From NCBI GenBank assembly GCA_963667785.2, contig CAXXMU010000008.1:1-64000 (forward strand): a stretch of 64,000 nt of DNA, read 5' to 3'. Below are positions 48,275-60,823 of the stretch, piece by piece; position 1 is the stretch's first letter, and each line of letters starts with the position of its first letter. The stretch is from Alphaproteobacteria bacterium (GTDB lineage Bacteria; Pseudomonadota; Alphaproteobacteria; UBA828). The position numbers and the translations under genes were made by a program. Below the pieces are notes generated by a model that saw only the letters and a program-made list of their open reading frames with translations, was not told the DNA's origin and searched no databases.

Positions 48275-49852
48275 ATGCTCCGCACCCGTCTCTGGCAAGT
48301 CGTCGTCGTCGCGGCGGTCATCGTCGCGGCGGTCATCTTCGCCGTACCCAACATGGTCGGGCGGGACTCGCTCGCCACCTACCCGTCGTGGCTGCCGTCG
48401 AGCCAGGTCAATCTCGGCCTCGACCTGCAGGGGGGCTCCCACCTGCTGCTCGAGGTCCAGGTCGCCGACATCCTGCGCGAGCGGATCACGACGCTGGTCG
48501 ATGATACGCGTGTCGAGCTCAGGCGCGCCGGCGTCAAGTACACCGGGCTGAAGGCGGCGCGGGACCGCGTCGTCTTCCAGCTCATCGATCCCGCGCAGAT
48601 CGACGCCGCAACCGAGGCGGTGGACGACCTCGACCCCGAAGCCGAGATCGAGAGCGATTCCAGCGGCGGCTTCCAGATCGTGCTCACCGAGGAGGCGGTC
48701 GAGGGGCGCCGGGCCGCCGCGGTAAGCCAGTCCATCGAGATCATCCGGCGCCGGATCGACGAGACCGGCGTGCGCGAGCCCACGATCCAGCGCCAGGGCG
48801 AGGACCGCATCCTCGTCCAGCTGCCCGGCGTGGATGATCCGGAGCGGGTCAAGCGCCTGCTGGGCAAGACGGCGAAGCTCACCTTTCACCTGCTCGACGA
48901 GAACGTGACAGCCGAGGACCGGCGCAGCGGGCGCGTGCCGCGCGGCGCGCAGCGGCTGCCGTCGGACGAGGTGGGCGAGAACGGCGAGGAGGTGTTCTAC
49001 ATCATCCGCAAGCGGGTGATGGTCAGCGGCGATTCGCTGGTCGACGCGGCGACGACCCGCGACCAGACCGGGCAGTGGGCGGTCAGCTTCCGCTTCGATT
49101 CGAGCGGCGCGCGGAAGTTCGGCGACGTGACGACGGAAAACGTCGGCAAGCCGTTCGCCATCGTGCTGGACGGCCGCGTGATCAGCGCGCCGGTGATCCG
49201 CGAGCCCATCGTCGGCGGCACCGGGCAGATCACCGGCAACTTCACCGTGGAGGAGGCCAACGACCTCTCGCTGCTGCTGCGCGCGGGCGCGCTGCCGGCG
49301 CCCATGAAGATCCTGGAGGAGCGCACGGTGGGGCCGGACCTCGGCGCCGATTCCATCGAGGCCGGCAAGATCGCCTGCATCATCGGGCTGGCCGCGGTGA
49401 TCGTGTTCATGGCGATCTACTACGGCCTGTTCGGCCTGGTCGCCGATCTCGCGCTGGTCCTAAACCTGGTCATCATGCTCGGCGTGCTCTCGCTCCTGCA
49501 GGCGACCCTGACCCTGCCCGGCATCGCCGGCATCGTGCTGACCATCGGCATGGCCGTCGACGCCAACGTGCTGATCTTCGAACGAATACGCGAGGAGGCG
49601 CGCGCCGGGCGGGCACCCTTCTCGGCCATGGAGGCCGGCTACCGTCGCGCCTTCACGACCATCATCGACTCGAACCTGACGACGCTGATCGCCGCCATCA
49701 TCCTCTTCATCATCGGCACCGGCCCGGTGCGGGGCTTCGCCGTGACGCTCGGCATCGGCATCGCCACCTCGATGTTCACCGCCATGCTGGTGAGCCGGAT
49801 CATCCTGGTCGCCTGGCTCAAGCAGCGGCGGCCGGCGGCGTTGCCGCTTTAG
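48275..49852 (+). CDS. secD: Protein translocase subunit SecD
   Basis: LGLDLQGG, RRIDETGVREP, AGALPAP, GMAVDANVLIFERIREE, PVRGFA. Confidence 0.97.
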   Translation: MLRTRLWQVVVVAAVIVAAVIFAVPNMVGRDSLATYPSWLPSSQVNLGLDLQGGSHLLLEVQVADILRERITTLVDDTRVELRRAGVKYTGLKAARDRVVFQLIDPAQIDAATEAVDDLDPEAEIESDSSGGFQIVLTEEAVEGRRAAAVSQSIEIIRRRIDETGVREPTIQRQGEDRILVQLPGVDDPERVKRLLGKTAKLTFHLLDENVTAEDRRSGRVPRGAQRLPSDEVGENGEEVFYIIRKRVMVSGDSLVDAATTRDQTGQWAVSFRFDSSGARKFGDVTTENVGKPFAIVLDGRVISAPVIREPIVGGTGQITGNFTVEEANDLSLLLRAGALPAPMKILEERTVGPDLGADSIEAGKIACIIGLAAVIVFMAIYYGLFGLVADLALVLNLVIMLGVLSLLQATLTLPGIAGIVLTIGMAVDANVLIFERIREEARAGRAPFSAMEAGYRRAFTTIIDSNLTTLIAAIILFIIGTGPVRGFAVTLGIGIATSMFTAMLVSRIILVAWLKQRRPAALPL

Positions 49853-49869
49853 CCTGCTAGGTCCGCGTC

Positions 49870-51081
49870 ATGTGGCGATTCCGGCTCATCCCCGACAAGA
49901 CGGCGATCCCGTTCCTCAAGCTTCGCCGCACCTTCTTCATCGTCTCCGTCGTGCTCGCCGTGGCCTCCGTGGCGGTGCTGGGCGGCCGCGGCCTCAACTT
50001 CGGCATCGATTTCGCCGGCGGCATCCTGATCGAGGTCGGCACGGAGCGGGAGGCCGACATCGGGCAGATGCGGAGCGCGCTGACCGGCCTCGGCCTCGGT
50101 GAGATCGCGCTGCAGGAATTCGGCTCGCCCACCGAGGTGCTGATCCGCATCGAGCGCCAGCCCGGCGACGCCACGGCGCAGCAGGCGGCGGTCGCCACCG
50201 TGCGCGACGCACTCAGCGCGAACTATGGCGACACGCTGAACTACCGCCGGGTCGAGACGGTGGGGCCCAAGGTCGGCGCCGAGCTGATCCAGGCCGGCAT
50301 CATCGCGGTCGTGGTCTCCGTCTTCCTGATGCTGGTCTATATCTGGTTCCGGTTCGAGCTGCCCTTCGCCATCGGCGCGGTGATCGCGCTCATCCACGAC
50401 GTGGTGCTCTCGCTCGGAATCTTCGCGGCGCTCGGACTCGAATTCAATCTCCCCATCGTCGCCGCGATTCTGCTCATCGTCGGCTACTCGATGAACGATA
50501 CCGTGGTCGTCTACGACCGCGTGCGCGAGAACCTGCGCAAGTACAAGACCATGTCGCTTCTCGCGCTGCTCAACCAGAGCGTCAACGAGACGCTGTCGCG
50601 CACCGTCATCACCTCGGCGACGACTCTGCTGGCGCTGCTGGCGCTGCTCATCTTCGGCGGCGCGGTCATCCGCGACTTCAGCTTCGCGATGATCTGGGGC
50701 GTGATCGTCGGCACCTATTCGTCGGTCTTCATCGCCGGTGCCCTGCTGCTCTACGTGCAGCCCCAGCGGGGCGGCCAGAAGAAGGCCGTCGGCCAGGCAG
50801 AGCGGCTGGCTGCGCTCGAGGACGAGGCGGCGGCCGACGCGGCGCCGCGCGGGGCGGCGCCCGCGCTGCCGGAGCCGGACGCCTCCATCGCCGAGACGGT
50901 CGCGGCGGCAGAAGCGGCCGAAGCCGCTGGAGCGACCCAAGAGGCCGAAGCGACTGGAGCGACGCAGGCCGCCCCGGATGACGGGGACGACGAGCCGCCG
51001 CCGACCACCGGCTCCCGGCGGCAGCGCCGCGCGAGCTCGTCACGGGAGCGCCGCCGCAGGCGCCGGCGCGGCAAGCGCTGA
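49870..51081 (+). CDS. secF: Protein translocase subunit SecF with long C-terminal extension
   Basis: GIDFAGG, IHDV, GYSMNDTVVVYDRVREN, GTYSS. Confidence 0.96.
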   Translation: MWRFRLIPDKTAIPFLKLRRTFFIVSVVLAVASVAVLGGRGLNFGIDFAGGILIEVGTEREADIGQMRSALTGLGLGEIALQEFGSPTEVLIRIERQPGDATAQQAAVATVRDALSANYGDTLNYRRVETVGPKVGAELIQAGIIAVVVSVFLMLVYIWFRFELPFAIGAVIALIHDVVLSLGIFAALGLEFNLPIVAAILLIVGYSMNDTVVVYDRVRENLRKYKTMSLLALLNQSVNETLSRTVITSATTLLALLALLIFGGAVIRDFSFAMIWGVIVGTYSSVFIAGALLLYVQPQRGGQKKAVGQAERLAALEDEAAADAAPRGAAPALPEPDASIAETVAAAEAAEAAGATQEAEATGATQAAPDDGDDEPPPTTGSRRQRRASSSRERRRRRRRGKR

Positions 51082-51091
51082 GCCCGCGCCC

Positions 51092-51475
51092 GTGGACATC
51101 ACGCCGCTCGTCCCCGAGGGCCGGCACGTCATCGAGAGCTACGGCGACGAGGGCTTCAGGATCAACGGCGAGCGCTACGCCGGCCCGGTCATCGTCTGGC
51201 CCGAAGGCGTGGTGCCGTGGGCGGTATCGGACATCGCAACCGCCGCGATCGAGACGCTGGATGCGATGTTCGCCGCCGAGCCCCCCATCGAGATCCTGCT
51301 GATCGGCAGCGGCGCGACCTTCGAGATGGCGCCGCCCGCGTTGCGGAAGGCGCTTGGCGCCCGCAGCATCGCGCTTGAGAGCATGGACACCGGCGCGGCC
51401 TGCCGCACCTACAACGTGCTGATGGCCGAGGACCGGCGCGTCGCCGCGGCGCTGATCCCGACGAGTACGGGCTGA
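51092..51475 (+). CDS. Mth938-like domain protein (NDUFAF3 homologue)
   Basis: IESYGDEGF, LLIGSG, MDTGAACRTYNVLMAEDRRVAAAL. Confidence 0.92.
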   Translation: MDITPLVPEGRHVIESYGDEGFRINGERYAGPVIVWPEGVVPWAVSDIATAAIETLDAMFAAEPPIEILLIGSGATFEMAPPALRKALGARSIALESMDTGAACRTYNVLMAEDRRVAAALIPTSTG

Positions 51476-51517
51476 GCGTTCCGTTTCGGCCGACCAGTCA
51501 GGAGCGCGCCGCGACGC

Positions 51518-52540
51518 TCACGCGCCTGCCGATGACGCCACGTAGCCGTCCAATCGGCCGTGCAGGGCACGCTTCTCGTCGGCCGGCAGCCAGCTAGCCT
51601 CGAAGGCGTTGGCGACCAGGCGAACGACCTGGTCCCGGCTCAGGTCGGCCGCTTCCTGGGTCGCAACGAGGTTCTCGTTCATGTAGCCCCCGAAATACGC
51701 CGGATCGTCGGAGTTGACGGTCGCCCGCATGCCCATCTCCAGCATGCGCCGAATCTCCAGGGCCTTGAGGCTGCCGGTGACGCAGTCGTTGGAGATCGGG
51801 CAGACCGTGAGCGCCAGACCCCTCCGCACGATCTCGTTGCAGAGCTCCTCGTCCTCGAGCGCGTTGACGCCATGGTCGATTCGGTCGACCCCGATGTCGT
51901 CGAGAGTCTGCCGGATATGGCGGGTCGAGTTCTCCTGGTCCACGTCGCAGTGCATGGTCAGCCGGAAGCCCTCGGCGCGCGCCCGGGCGAACACCGCCTT
52001 GAACTTGATCGGCGGATTGTCCTTCTCGTCGGAGTCGAGCCCCACGCCCACGATCCACTCCCTGTACGGCAGGGACTGTTCCAGCGCCTCCGCCGCCGAG
52101 TCGGCGCTCATGTCTCGCAGGAAACACATGATGAGCTGGCTGCGGATGCCGAGCCGGCTCCGCGCATCCTCCTGCGCCCGGCGAATTCCGCAAATGACCG
52201 TGTCGTAGGCGATGCCGCGCGTGGTGTGCGCCTGGGGGTCGAAGAACATCTCGGCGTAGAGCACGTTCTGGGAATGCGCCTTGGTCAGGTAGGCGGTCGC
52301 GAGATCGTGGAAGTCCCGCTCGGTCACCAGGACGCTCATGCCTTCGTAGTAGGCCTCGAGGAACGACGGCAGATCGTCGAAGTCGTAGGCGGCCCGCATC
52401 TCCTCGACCGATCGGTACGGCAGCTCGATGCCGTTGCGCCGGGCGAGGTCGAACTTCAGCGCCGGCTCGAGCGTCCCCTCCACGTGCACGTGCAGCTCGG
52501 CCTTCGGCATTCCCTCGATGAAGCGTCTCATGTCCGTCAT
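51518..52540 (-). CDS. Adenosine/adenine deaminase family protein
   Basis: PKAELHVHVEGTLEP, YDFDDLPSFL..YY, RIDHG, CPISN, NSDDPAYFG. Confidence 0.92.
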   Translation of the reverse strand: MTDMRRFIEGMPKAELHVHVEGTLEPALKFDLARRNGIELPYRSVEEMRAAYDFDDLPSFLEAYYEGMSVLVTERDFHDLATAYLTKAHSQNVLYAEMFFDPQAHTTRGIAYDTVICGIRRAQEDARSRLGIRSQLIMCFLRDMSADSAAEALEQSLPYREWIVGVGLDSDEKDNPPIKFKAVFARARAEGFRLTMHCDVDQENSTRHIRQTLDDIGVDRIDHGVNALEDEELCNEIVRRGLALTVCPISNDCVTGSLKALEIRRMLEMGMRATVNSDDPAYFGGYMNENLVATQEAADLSRDQVVRLVANAFEASWLPADEKRALHGRLDGYVASSAGA

Positions 52541-52736
52541 GACTTCAGGCCCGTGGTTCGGAGTCCGGTATTGAGACGTCCGGCATGCGGGAAATCAACA
52601 GGCCGCCGCGTTGCGCGGGGTCCGAGCGGCGCGCCGAGCGACAATCCGGGCCGCGACTCGCCGGCGGCGATTGCAACCGCCCGTCGGGTCACTATGCTAG
52701 TCACTTGCGATTCGTGATTGCAGGGGGGCACACGAC

Positions 52737-52829
52737 ATGACCAACCCGCTGACATCGCTCACCCAGACCGTGATCATGGGGGTCATCCTCACCGTGATCA
52801 TCGTCGCCATTCTCTACGGCATAAGCTGA
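52737..52829 (+). CDS. Small single-TM membrane protein (30 aa, MTNPLTSLTQTVIMGVILTVIIVAILYGIS), not in the ORF track
   Basis: AGGGGGG RBS, ATG 52737, TGA 52827-52829, GC3-rich codons, hydrophobic helix; 16 nt upstream of the puuD-like gene. Confidence 0.7.
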   Translation: MTNPLTSLTQTVIMGVILTVIIVAILYGIS

Positions 52830-52845
52830 CCGAGGGGGCGAGGCG

Positions 52846-53376
52846 ATGGATATTCCCTTAGTCGACTACGCTTGGTGGCAGTTCTTCTTCCGCTGGACCC
52901 ATGTCCTCGCGGGCGTGATGTGGATCGGGCTGCTCTGGTACTTCAACTTCGTCCAGATTCCGAACATGCCGAAGATCCCGGACGAGCAGAAGCCCGCGAT
53001 CGGCAAGGTGATCGCGCCGGCGGCGCTCTTCTGGTTCCGCTGGGCGGCGCTCTTCACGGTGGCGACCGGCATCGTGCTCGCGCTGATGAACGAGTACTTC
53101 TCCGATGCCATCACCTTCGGCATCCTCGGCGCCGCGACCGACGGGTACGTGCTGAGGCACTCCGCCATCGGCATCGGGATGTGGCTCGGCATCATCATGA
53201 TGGCGAACGTCTGGCTCATCATCTGGCCGAACCAGAAACGCGCGCTGGGAATCGTCGAGGTCGAAGCGGACCGCAAGGCGCGGTCTGCGCGCTATGCCAT
53301 GCTGGCGTCGCGCACCAACACGATGCTCTCCATCCCCATGCTTTACGCCATGGTCTCGGCGCAGAACGTCTACTGA
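52846..53376 (+). CDS. Urate hydroxylase PuuD-like membrane protein (N-terminal domain only, no cytochrome c)
   Basis: RWTHVLAGVMWIGLLWYFNF, LFWFRW, NVWLIIWPNQK, SRTNTMLSIP. Confidence 0.88.
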   Translation: MDIPLVDYAWWQFFFRWTHVLAGVMWIGLLWYFNFVQIPNMPKIPDEQKPAIGKVIAPAALFWFRWAALFTVATGIVLALMNEYFSDAITFGILGAATDGYVLRHSAIGIGMWLGIIMMANVWLIIWPNQKRALGIVEVEADRKARSARYAMLASRTNTMLSIPMLYAMVSAQNVY

Positions 53377-53443
53377 GGCCGCGAGTCGCGCTGCTCCATC
53401 CGCCGCCGGGTCTCTCCGGCGGCGGATGGGGCGCATCCTCCGA

Positions 53444-54715
53444 TCAGGGAGCCGCGAGCGCGCGGAGCGCGTGCCTTGCTGCGGTGACGCCGGAGCGGAC
53501 GGCGCCCTCGATCGTTGCGGGCAGTCCCGTCGCGGTCCAGTCGCCGGCGAGGAAGAGATTGCGCAGCGGGGTCTCGGCAGGAGGCCGCAGCGGCAGCGCC
53601 GAGGGGATCTGGGCGAAGGTCGCGCGCTTCTCCTTCACGATGCGGCAAGGCGGCGGGGCCGGCGGCCGGTAGTCGAGCGCGCTGGCGACGTCCGACCAGA
53701 TATCCCGGGCGATCTCGTCTGCCGGGCGGTCCGCGAGGTCGCCGGCGGCGCTGACCGTGACCGAGGCGATGTCGCCGCGGGCGAAGATCCACTGCGCCGT
53801 TCCGCCGATCACGCCGAGGATCATGCTGCCTCCCGGCATCGGCACCGGCCGGTCGAGGCGGAAGTGGGCGTTGACGATGGGCCGGGTCTCCAGCGGCGCC
53901 GGGATTTCGGGCAGGAGCTGGGCGCAGATCTGGGGCGTCACCGCGAGCACCGCAATATCGCCGGCCTCGAACGCGGCGCCATCGCCGGCGCCGGCGATAT
54001 CGAGACCCGTCACCCGGCGTTCGTCGTGAGCGATGGAGCGGAGCCGGCGGTTGAGGTTCACGCGCCCGCGCCCGCGCTCGATGTAGCGCAGCGCCGGCGC
54101 CACCAGGTCGGGGCCGAGTCCGTTCCGGGTGAGATAGGCGCGGCAGGCCGCCTCGCCCCGGCCGAAGGTGAGGCGCAGCACCGGCCAGAGCAGGCTGGCG
54201 GCGGCCTCGTCGGGCGCGGCATTGAGGACCGCCACGGTGAACGGCTCCCACAACCGTTCCAGCAGCGGGCCGCTGCCGCGGAGCCGGCCGGCGGCGGTGT
54301 CACCGGGCCGGGCGCGCGCCAGCGCGAGGCCGGCCAGGTAGTGCCGCACGCGGCTGCCGGGCACGCGGCGCCCCGGCGCCACGATCCACCAGGGCACGGG
54401 CCCGGCATTGGGGCGCACCGTCCAGCGCTCGCCCGAGCGCAGGTCGACGAAGGGAAAGCACGCACGTGCCTGCCCCACGAGACCGTCGCGCGCGCCGATC
54501 GTCTCCAGGTAGGTGAAGACTGCGGGATTGGCGCCCAGGATCAGGTGGTTGCCATTGTCGATTGTCCGGTCCAGGGTGGCGTCGTGGAACGAGCGGCAGC
54601 GCCCGCCGGCCTGGGCCGCCGCTTCCCAGAGGACAACGCGCTGCCCCGCCTTCACCAGCTCGACGGCGCAGGAAAGCCCGGCGATGCCGGCGCCGATCAC
54701 GTGAACGGTCGCCAT
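53444..54715 (-). CDS. hpnE: Hydroxysqualene dehydroxylase HpnE-like FAD oxidoreductase
   Basis: GAGIAG, GGRCRS, IDNGNH, IVNAHF, VKEKRATF, LAGDWT.TGLPATIEGAVRSG. Confidence 0.85.
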   Translation of the reverse strand: MATVHVIGAGIAGLSCAVELVKAGQRVVLWEAAAQAGGRCRSFHDATLDRTIDNGNHLILGANPAVFTYLETIGARDGLVGQARACFPFVDLRSGERWTVRPNAGPVPWWIVAPGRRVPGSRVRHYLAGLALARARPGDTAAGRLRGSGPLLERLWEPFTVAVLNAAPDEAAASLLWPVLRLTFGRGEAACRAYLTRNGLGPDLVAPALRYIERGRGRVNLNRRLRSIAHDERRVTGLDIAGAGDGAAFEAGDIAVLAVTPQICAQLLPEIPAPLETRPIVNAHFRLDRPVPMPGGSMILGVIGGTAQWIFARGDIASVTVSAAGDLADRPADEIARDIWSDVASALDYRPPAPPPCRIVKEKRATFAQIPSALPLRPPAETPLRNLFLAGDWTATGLPATIEGAVRSGVTAARHALRALAAP

Positions 54716-54812
54716 GCTCCCTCGCATCCCTCCCGGCGGCCCCCTGGGTGCGTCCATGTATAGGGGAGGGGCGGCCGCTGGCAAACGCGCGGTAGCGCCG
54801 GAAGGCGTCTGA

Positions 54813-55658
54813 ATGGCTCCGCCTCTCTCGCCCGTCGGTGTGCTCGCGCGCGCGGCCGACTACGACCGCTATCTCTCCGCCCTGTTCGTGCCTGCCGGTC
54901 GGCGCGAGGCGCTGTTCGCGCTGATCGCCTTCAACCACGAGATCGCGCGCATTCCCGAGGCGGTGAGCGAGCCGATGCTGGGGCGCATCCGGCTGCAGTG
55001 GTGGCGCGAGACCTTGGAGGCGATCCACGCCGGCGAGGCGCCCCGCCGCCACGAGGTGGCGCTGCCGTTGGCAGACGCGATCCGCGCGCACGGCCTCGAC
55101 CGCGACGCCTTCGACCGCCTGCTGGATGCGCGGGAAGCGGACCTGGAGCCAGATGTCCCTCCTGATCTGGCGGCGCTGGAGCGCTACGCTGCCGCCAGCG
55201 GCGGCGCGCTGACGACGCTCATGCTGCAGGCGTGCGGCGTAACCGCCGCGCCGGCGCTTGAGGCCGGCTGCCAGGTGGGCACCGCCTGGGCGCTGGTCGG
55301 CACGCTCCGTGCCGCCCCCCGCGCCGCGGCCCGGGGTCGCTGCATGCTGCCGGCGGCGCTGCTGGCCGATGCGGGAATCGACGTGGAGGACGTGCTGGCG
55401 GGCCGGGCGTTCGGGCGCCTCGCCGGAGTCGCCGAGCCGGTGGGGCGTCGCGCCGAAGGCCTGCTCGGCGCGGCACGACAGGCGCGGCGCGCGGTGCCCA
55501 GGCGGGGCCGCGGGCCGCTCCTGATCGCGCGGCTTGCCGATCTCTACCTCGCCCGGCTGCGGTCCGCCGCCTGGGAGCCGCGCGATCCGCGCCTCGGCGC
55601 AAGCCTGCTCCGCAAGCAGACCGCGATGCTGGCGGGCGCACTGACGGGTCGCTACTAG
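54813..55658 (+). CDS. Squalene/phytoene synthase-fold protein (NDUFAF6-like, lacks DDxxD)
   Basis: DYDRYLSALF, AFNHEIARI, SEPMLGRIRLQWWRE. Confidence 0.88.
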   Translation: MAPPLSPVGVLARAADYDRYLSALFVPAGRREALFALIAFNHEIARIPEAVSEPMLGRIRLQWWRETLEAIHAGEAPRRHEVALPLADAIRAHGLDRDAFDRLLDAREADLEPDVPPDLAALERYAAASGGALTTLMLQACGVTAAPALEAGCQVGTAWALVGTLRAAPRAAARGRCMLPAALLADAGIDVEDVLAGRAFGRLAGVAEPVGRRAEGLLGAARQARRAVPRRGRGPLLIARLADLYLARLRSAAWEPRDPRLGASLLRKQTAMLAGALTGRY

Positions 55659-55695
55659 CCGGCGGTTGGGAGCGGCTCACGCCTCCGCCCGGCGC

Positions 55696-57051
55696 TCACG
55701 CAGCCGCGGCGCGATCGCCTTCCAGCCAGCGGCCGAGATCAGCGCGGGCGCGCGCGACCATCGCGGCCTTGCGCGCCCGCTTGGGTAGCCGGCCGGCGAC
55801 GGGCGGGAACAGGCCGAAGTTCACGTTCATCGGCTGGAAGGTGCTGCCCGCGCCGAGATGCCCGCCGGTGATGTGGCTCAGCAGGGCGCCGAATGCCGTG
55901 GTCGCGGGCGGCGGGCAGGCATCGGCGTCCGCGCGCTCCGACGCGGCGAAGCGGCCCGCGAGCAGGCCGATGGCCGCGCTCTCGACATAGCCCTCGACGC
56001 CGGTGATCTGGCCGGCGAAGCGGAGGTGCGGCGCCCGGCGCAGCCTGAGCTCGTCGTCCAGCAACGCCGGACTGTTGATGAAGGTGTTGCGGTGAATGCC
56101 GCCGAGCCGCGCGAAGCGCGCCCCCTCGAGCCCCGGTATGAGGCGGAACACCCGCCTCTGGTCGCCGTGGGTGAGCTTGGTCTGGAAGCCCACCATGTTG
56201 AAGAGGGTGCCGAGCGCGTTGTCCTGGCGGAGCTGGACCACGGCATAGGCGCGGGCGCCGGTGGCGGGGTCGGTCAGGCCCACGGGCTTCATCGGGCCGA
56301 AGCGCAGCGTCTCGCGCCCGCGCCCGGCCATCACCTCGATGGGCAGGCAGCCTTCGAAGTAGGGGGTGTCGCGCTCCCAGTCCCTGAAGGGGATCGTGTC
56401 GGCGGCAAGCAGCGCATCGATGAAGGTGTCGTAGCGCGCGTGGTCGAGCGGGCAGTTGATGTAGGCGGCGCGGTCGCCGCCCGGCCCCTCCTTGTCGTAG
56501 CGGGACTGGAACCAGGCGCGGCCGAAATCGATGCTGTCGCGATGGACGATCGGCGCGAGCGCGTCGAAGAAGGCGAGGTGATCCTCGCCGGTGGTCGCGA
56601 GGATGGCCTGGCTGAGCGCCGGCGCGGTGAGGGGGCCGGTGGCGACGATGGCGGGGCCGGCAGCCGCATCGGGCAGGCCGGACACTTCCTCCCGGCGCAC
56701 GCGGATGGCGGGCTCCTCCTCGATCGCCTGCTGGACGGCGTCTGCGAAGCCCGTGCGGTCCACCGCCAGCGCCTGGCCCGCGGGCACCTTGTTGCGGTCG
56801 GCCGCCGCCATGACGAGCGAGTTCGCGCGCCGCATCTCCTCGTGCAGGAGCCCGACGGCGTTGGTCTCGGCGTCGTCGGAGCGGAACGAGTTGGAGCACA
56901 CCAGCTCGGCCAGCCGGTCGCTGACATGCGCCTCGGTGGCGCGCGCGGGCCGCATCTCCCAGAGCTCGACCGGCGCGCCCTGGCGCGCGATCTGCCATGC
57001 CGCCTCGCAGCCGGCCAGTCCGCCGCCGATGATCCGGATCGGCCCCGCCAC
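55696..57051 (-). CDS. trmFO: tRNA m5U54 methyltransferase TrmFO
   Basis: [43 protein letters not shown]. Confidence 0.96.
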   Translation of the reverse strand: MAGPIRIIGGGLAGCEAAWQIARQGAPVELWEMRPARATEAHVSDRLAELVCSNSFRSDDAETNAVGLLHEEMRRANSLVMAAADRNKVPAGQALAVDRTGFADAVQQAIEEEPAIRVRREEVSGLPDAAAGPAIVATGPLTAPALSQAILATTGEDHLAFFDALAPIVHRDSIDFGRAWFQSRYDKEGPGGDRAAYINCPLDHARYDTFIDALLAADTIPFRDWERDTPYFEGCLPIEVMAGRGRETLRFGPMKPVGLTDPATGARAYAVVQLRQDNALGTLFNMVGFQTKLTHGDQRRVFRLIPGLEGARFARLGGIHRNTFINSPALLDDELRLRRAPHLRFAGQITGVEGYVESAAIGLLAGRFAASERADADACPPPATTAFGALLSHITGGHLGAGSTFQPMNVNFGLFPPVAGRLPKRARKAAMVARARADLGRWLEGDRAAAA

Positions 57052-57081
57052 CCGTGCGCTCTCCGTCGCCCGCCGCCGGTC

Positions 57082-59973
<2,892 letters not shown>

Positions 59974-60131
59974 GGGCGCGGTCGGAACGGCTCGGGGATA
60001 GGAACCGGACTATAGGCACTTCCCCCGGCGAAGGCGAGCACCGCTGGCGCGCGGCGCGCCGGTTTGAGGCGGGCCGGGGGATCGGCTACAAACCGTTGGC
60101 AACGGCTGCATGCGAGGCGGGAGTTCGGGCG

Positions 60132-60590
60132 ATGGCGGGAAGCGTCAACAAGGTCATTTTGGTCGGCAATCTGGGGCGCGATCCGGAGACCCGGCAGACC
60201 CAGGACGGCAGGCCGATCGTCAACTTCACGGTCGCCACCAACGAGACCTGGAAGGACCGCCAGACCGGCGAACGCCGCGAGCGTGTCGAGTGGCACCGCG
60301 TCGTGATCTTCAACGAGCACCTCGCCGACATCGCGCAGCGCTATCTGCACAAGGGCTCCAAGGTCTATCTCGAAGGCCAGTTGCAGACCCGCAAGTGGAC
60401 CGACCAGTCGGGGCAGGAGCGCTACACCACCGAGGTGGTGATCCAGCGCTTCCGGGGCGAGCTCACCATGCTCGACAGCCGCGCCGACGGCGGCGGCGGT
60501 GGCGGGCGCGACTACGGCGCTGCGTCGGCGGACCGCGGCGCACCTGCGGCCGGGTCTTCCAGCGACCTCGACGACGACATCCCGTTCTAG
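60132..60590 (+). CDS. ssb: Single-stranded DNA-binding protein
   Basis: [22 protein letters not shown]-terminal DDDIPF; divergent from uvrA. Confidence 0.98.
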   Translation: MAGSVNKVILVGNLGRDPETRQTQDGRPIVNFTVATNETWKDRQTGERRERVEWHRVVIFNEHLADIAQRYLHKGSKVYLEGQLQTRKWTDQSGQERYTTEVVIQRFRGELTMLDSRADGGGGGGRDYGAASADRGAPAAGSSSDLDDDIPF

Positions 60591-60823
60591 ATAGAGTCGT
60601 CGCGCCGGCAGGGCGACGGCGCCGCCACGTCACCGGAATCCCATGATGAGGCGGCGCGTCACATTTACATTTGCGTAATTCGTATTATCTGGACTCGATC
60701 AAGATAGACATCGCACGCGGTCGAATTCGAACGGCCGCAGACCACCGGACAATGGACGGGCGATCGCCACGGCGCGGAAGCGCACGCCGCCGACCCGGCG
60801 GACGGCGGGCCAAGGGGCAGAGG

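Noticed and set aside
53444-55658. hpnE plus squalene synthase as a functional squalene operon
   Set aside because: The synthase-fold protein lacks the Asp-rich motifs and matches the NDUFAF6-like group; the adjacency is probably coincidental.
59980-60010. Alphaproteobacterial LexA box (GAAC-N7-GAAC) between uvrA and ssb
   Set aside because: The two GAAC (59985, 60002) are 13 nt apart, not 7; no convincing match.
60684-60706. FNR/FixK box upstream of the pseudo-kinase
   Set aside because: Only the ATCAA half-site matches (CTGGA-N4-ATCAA).
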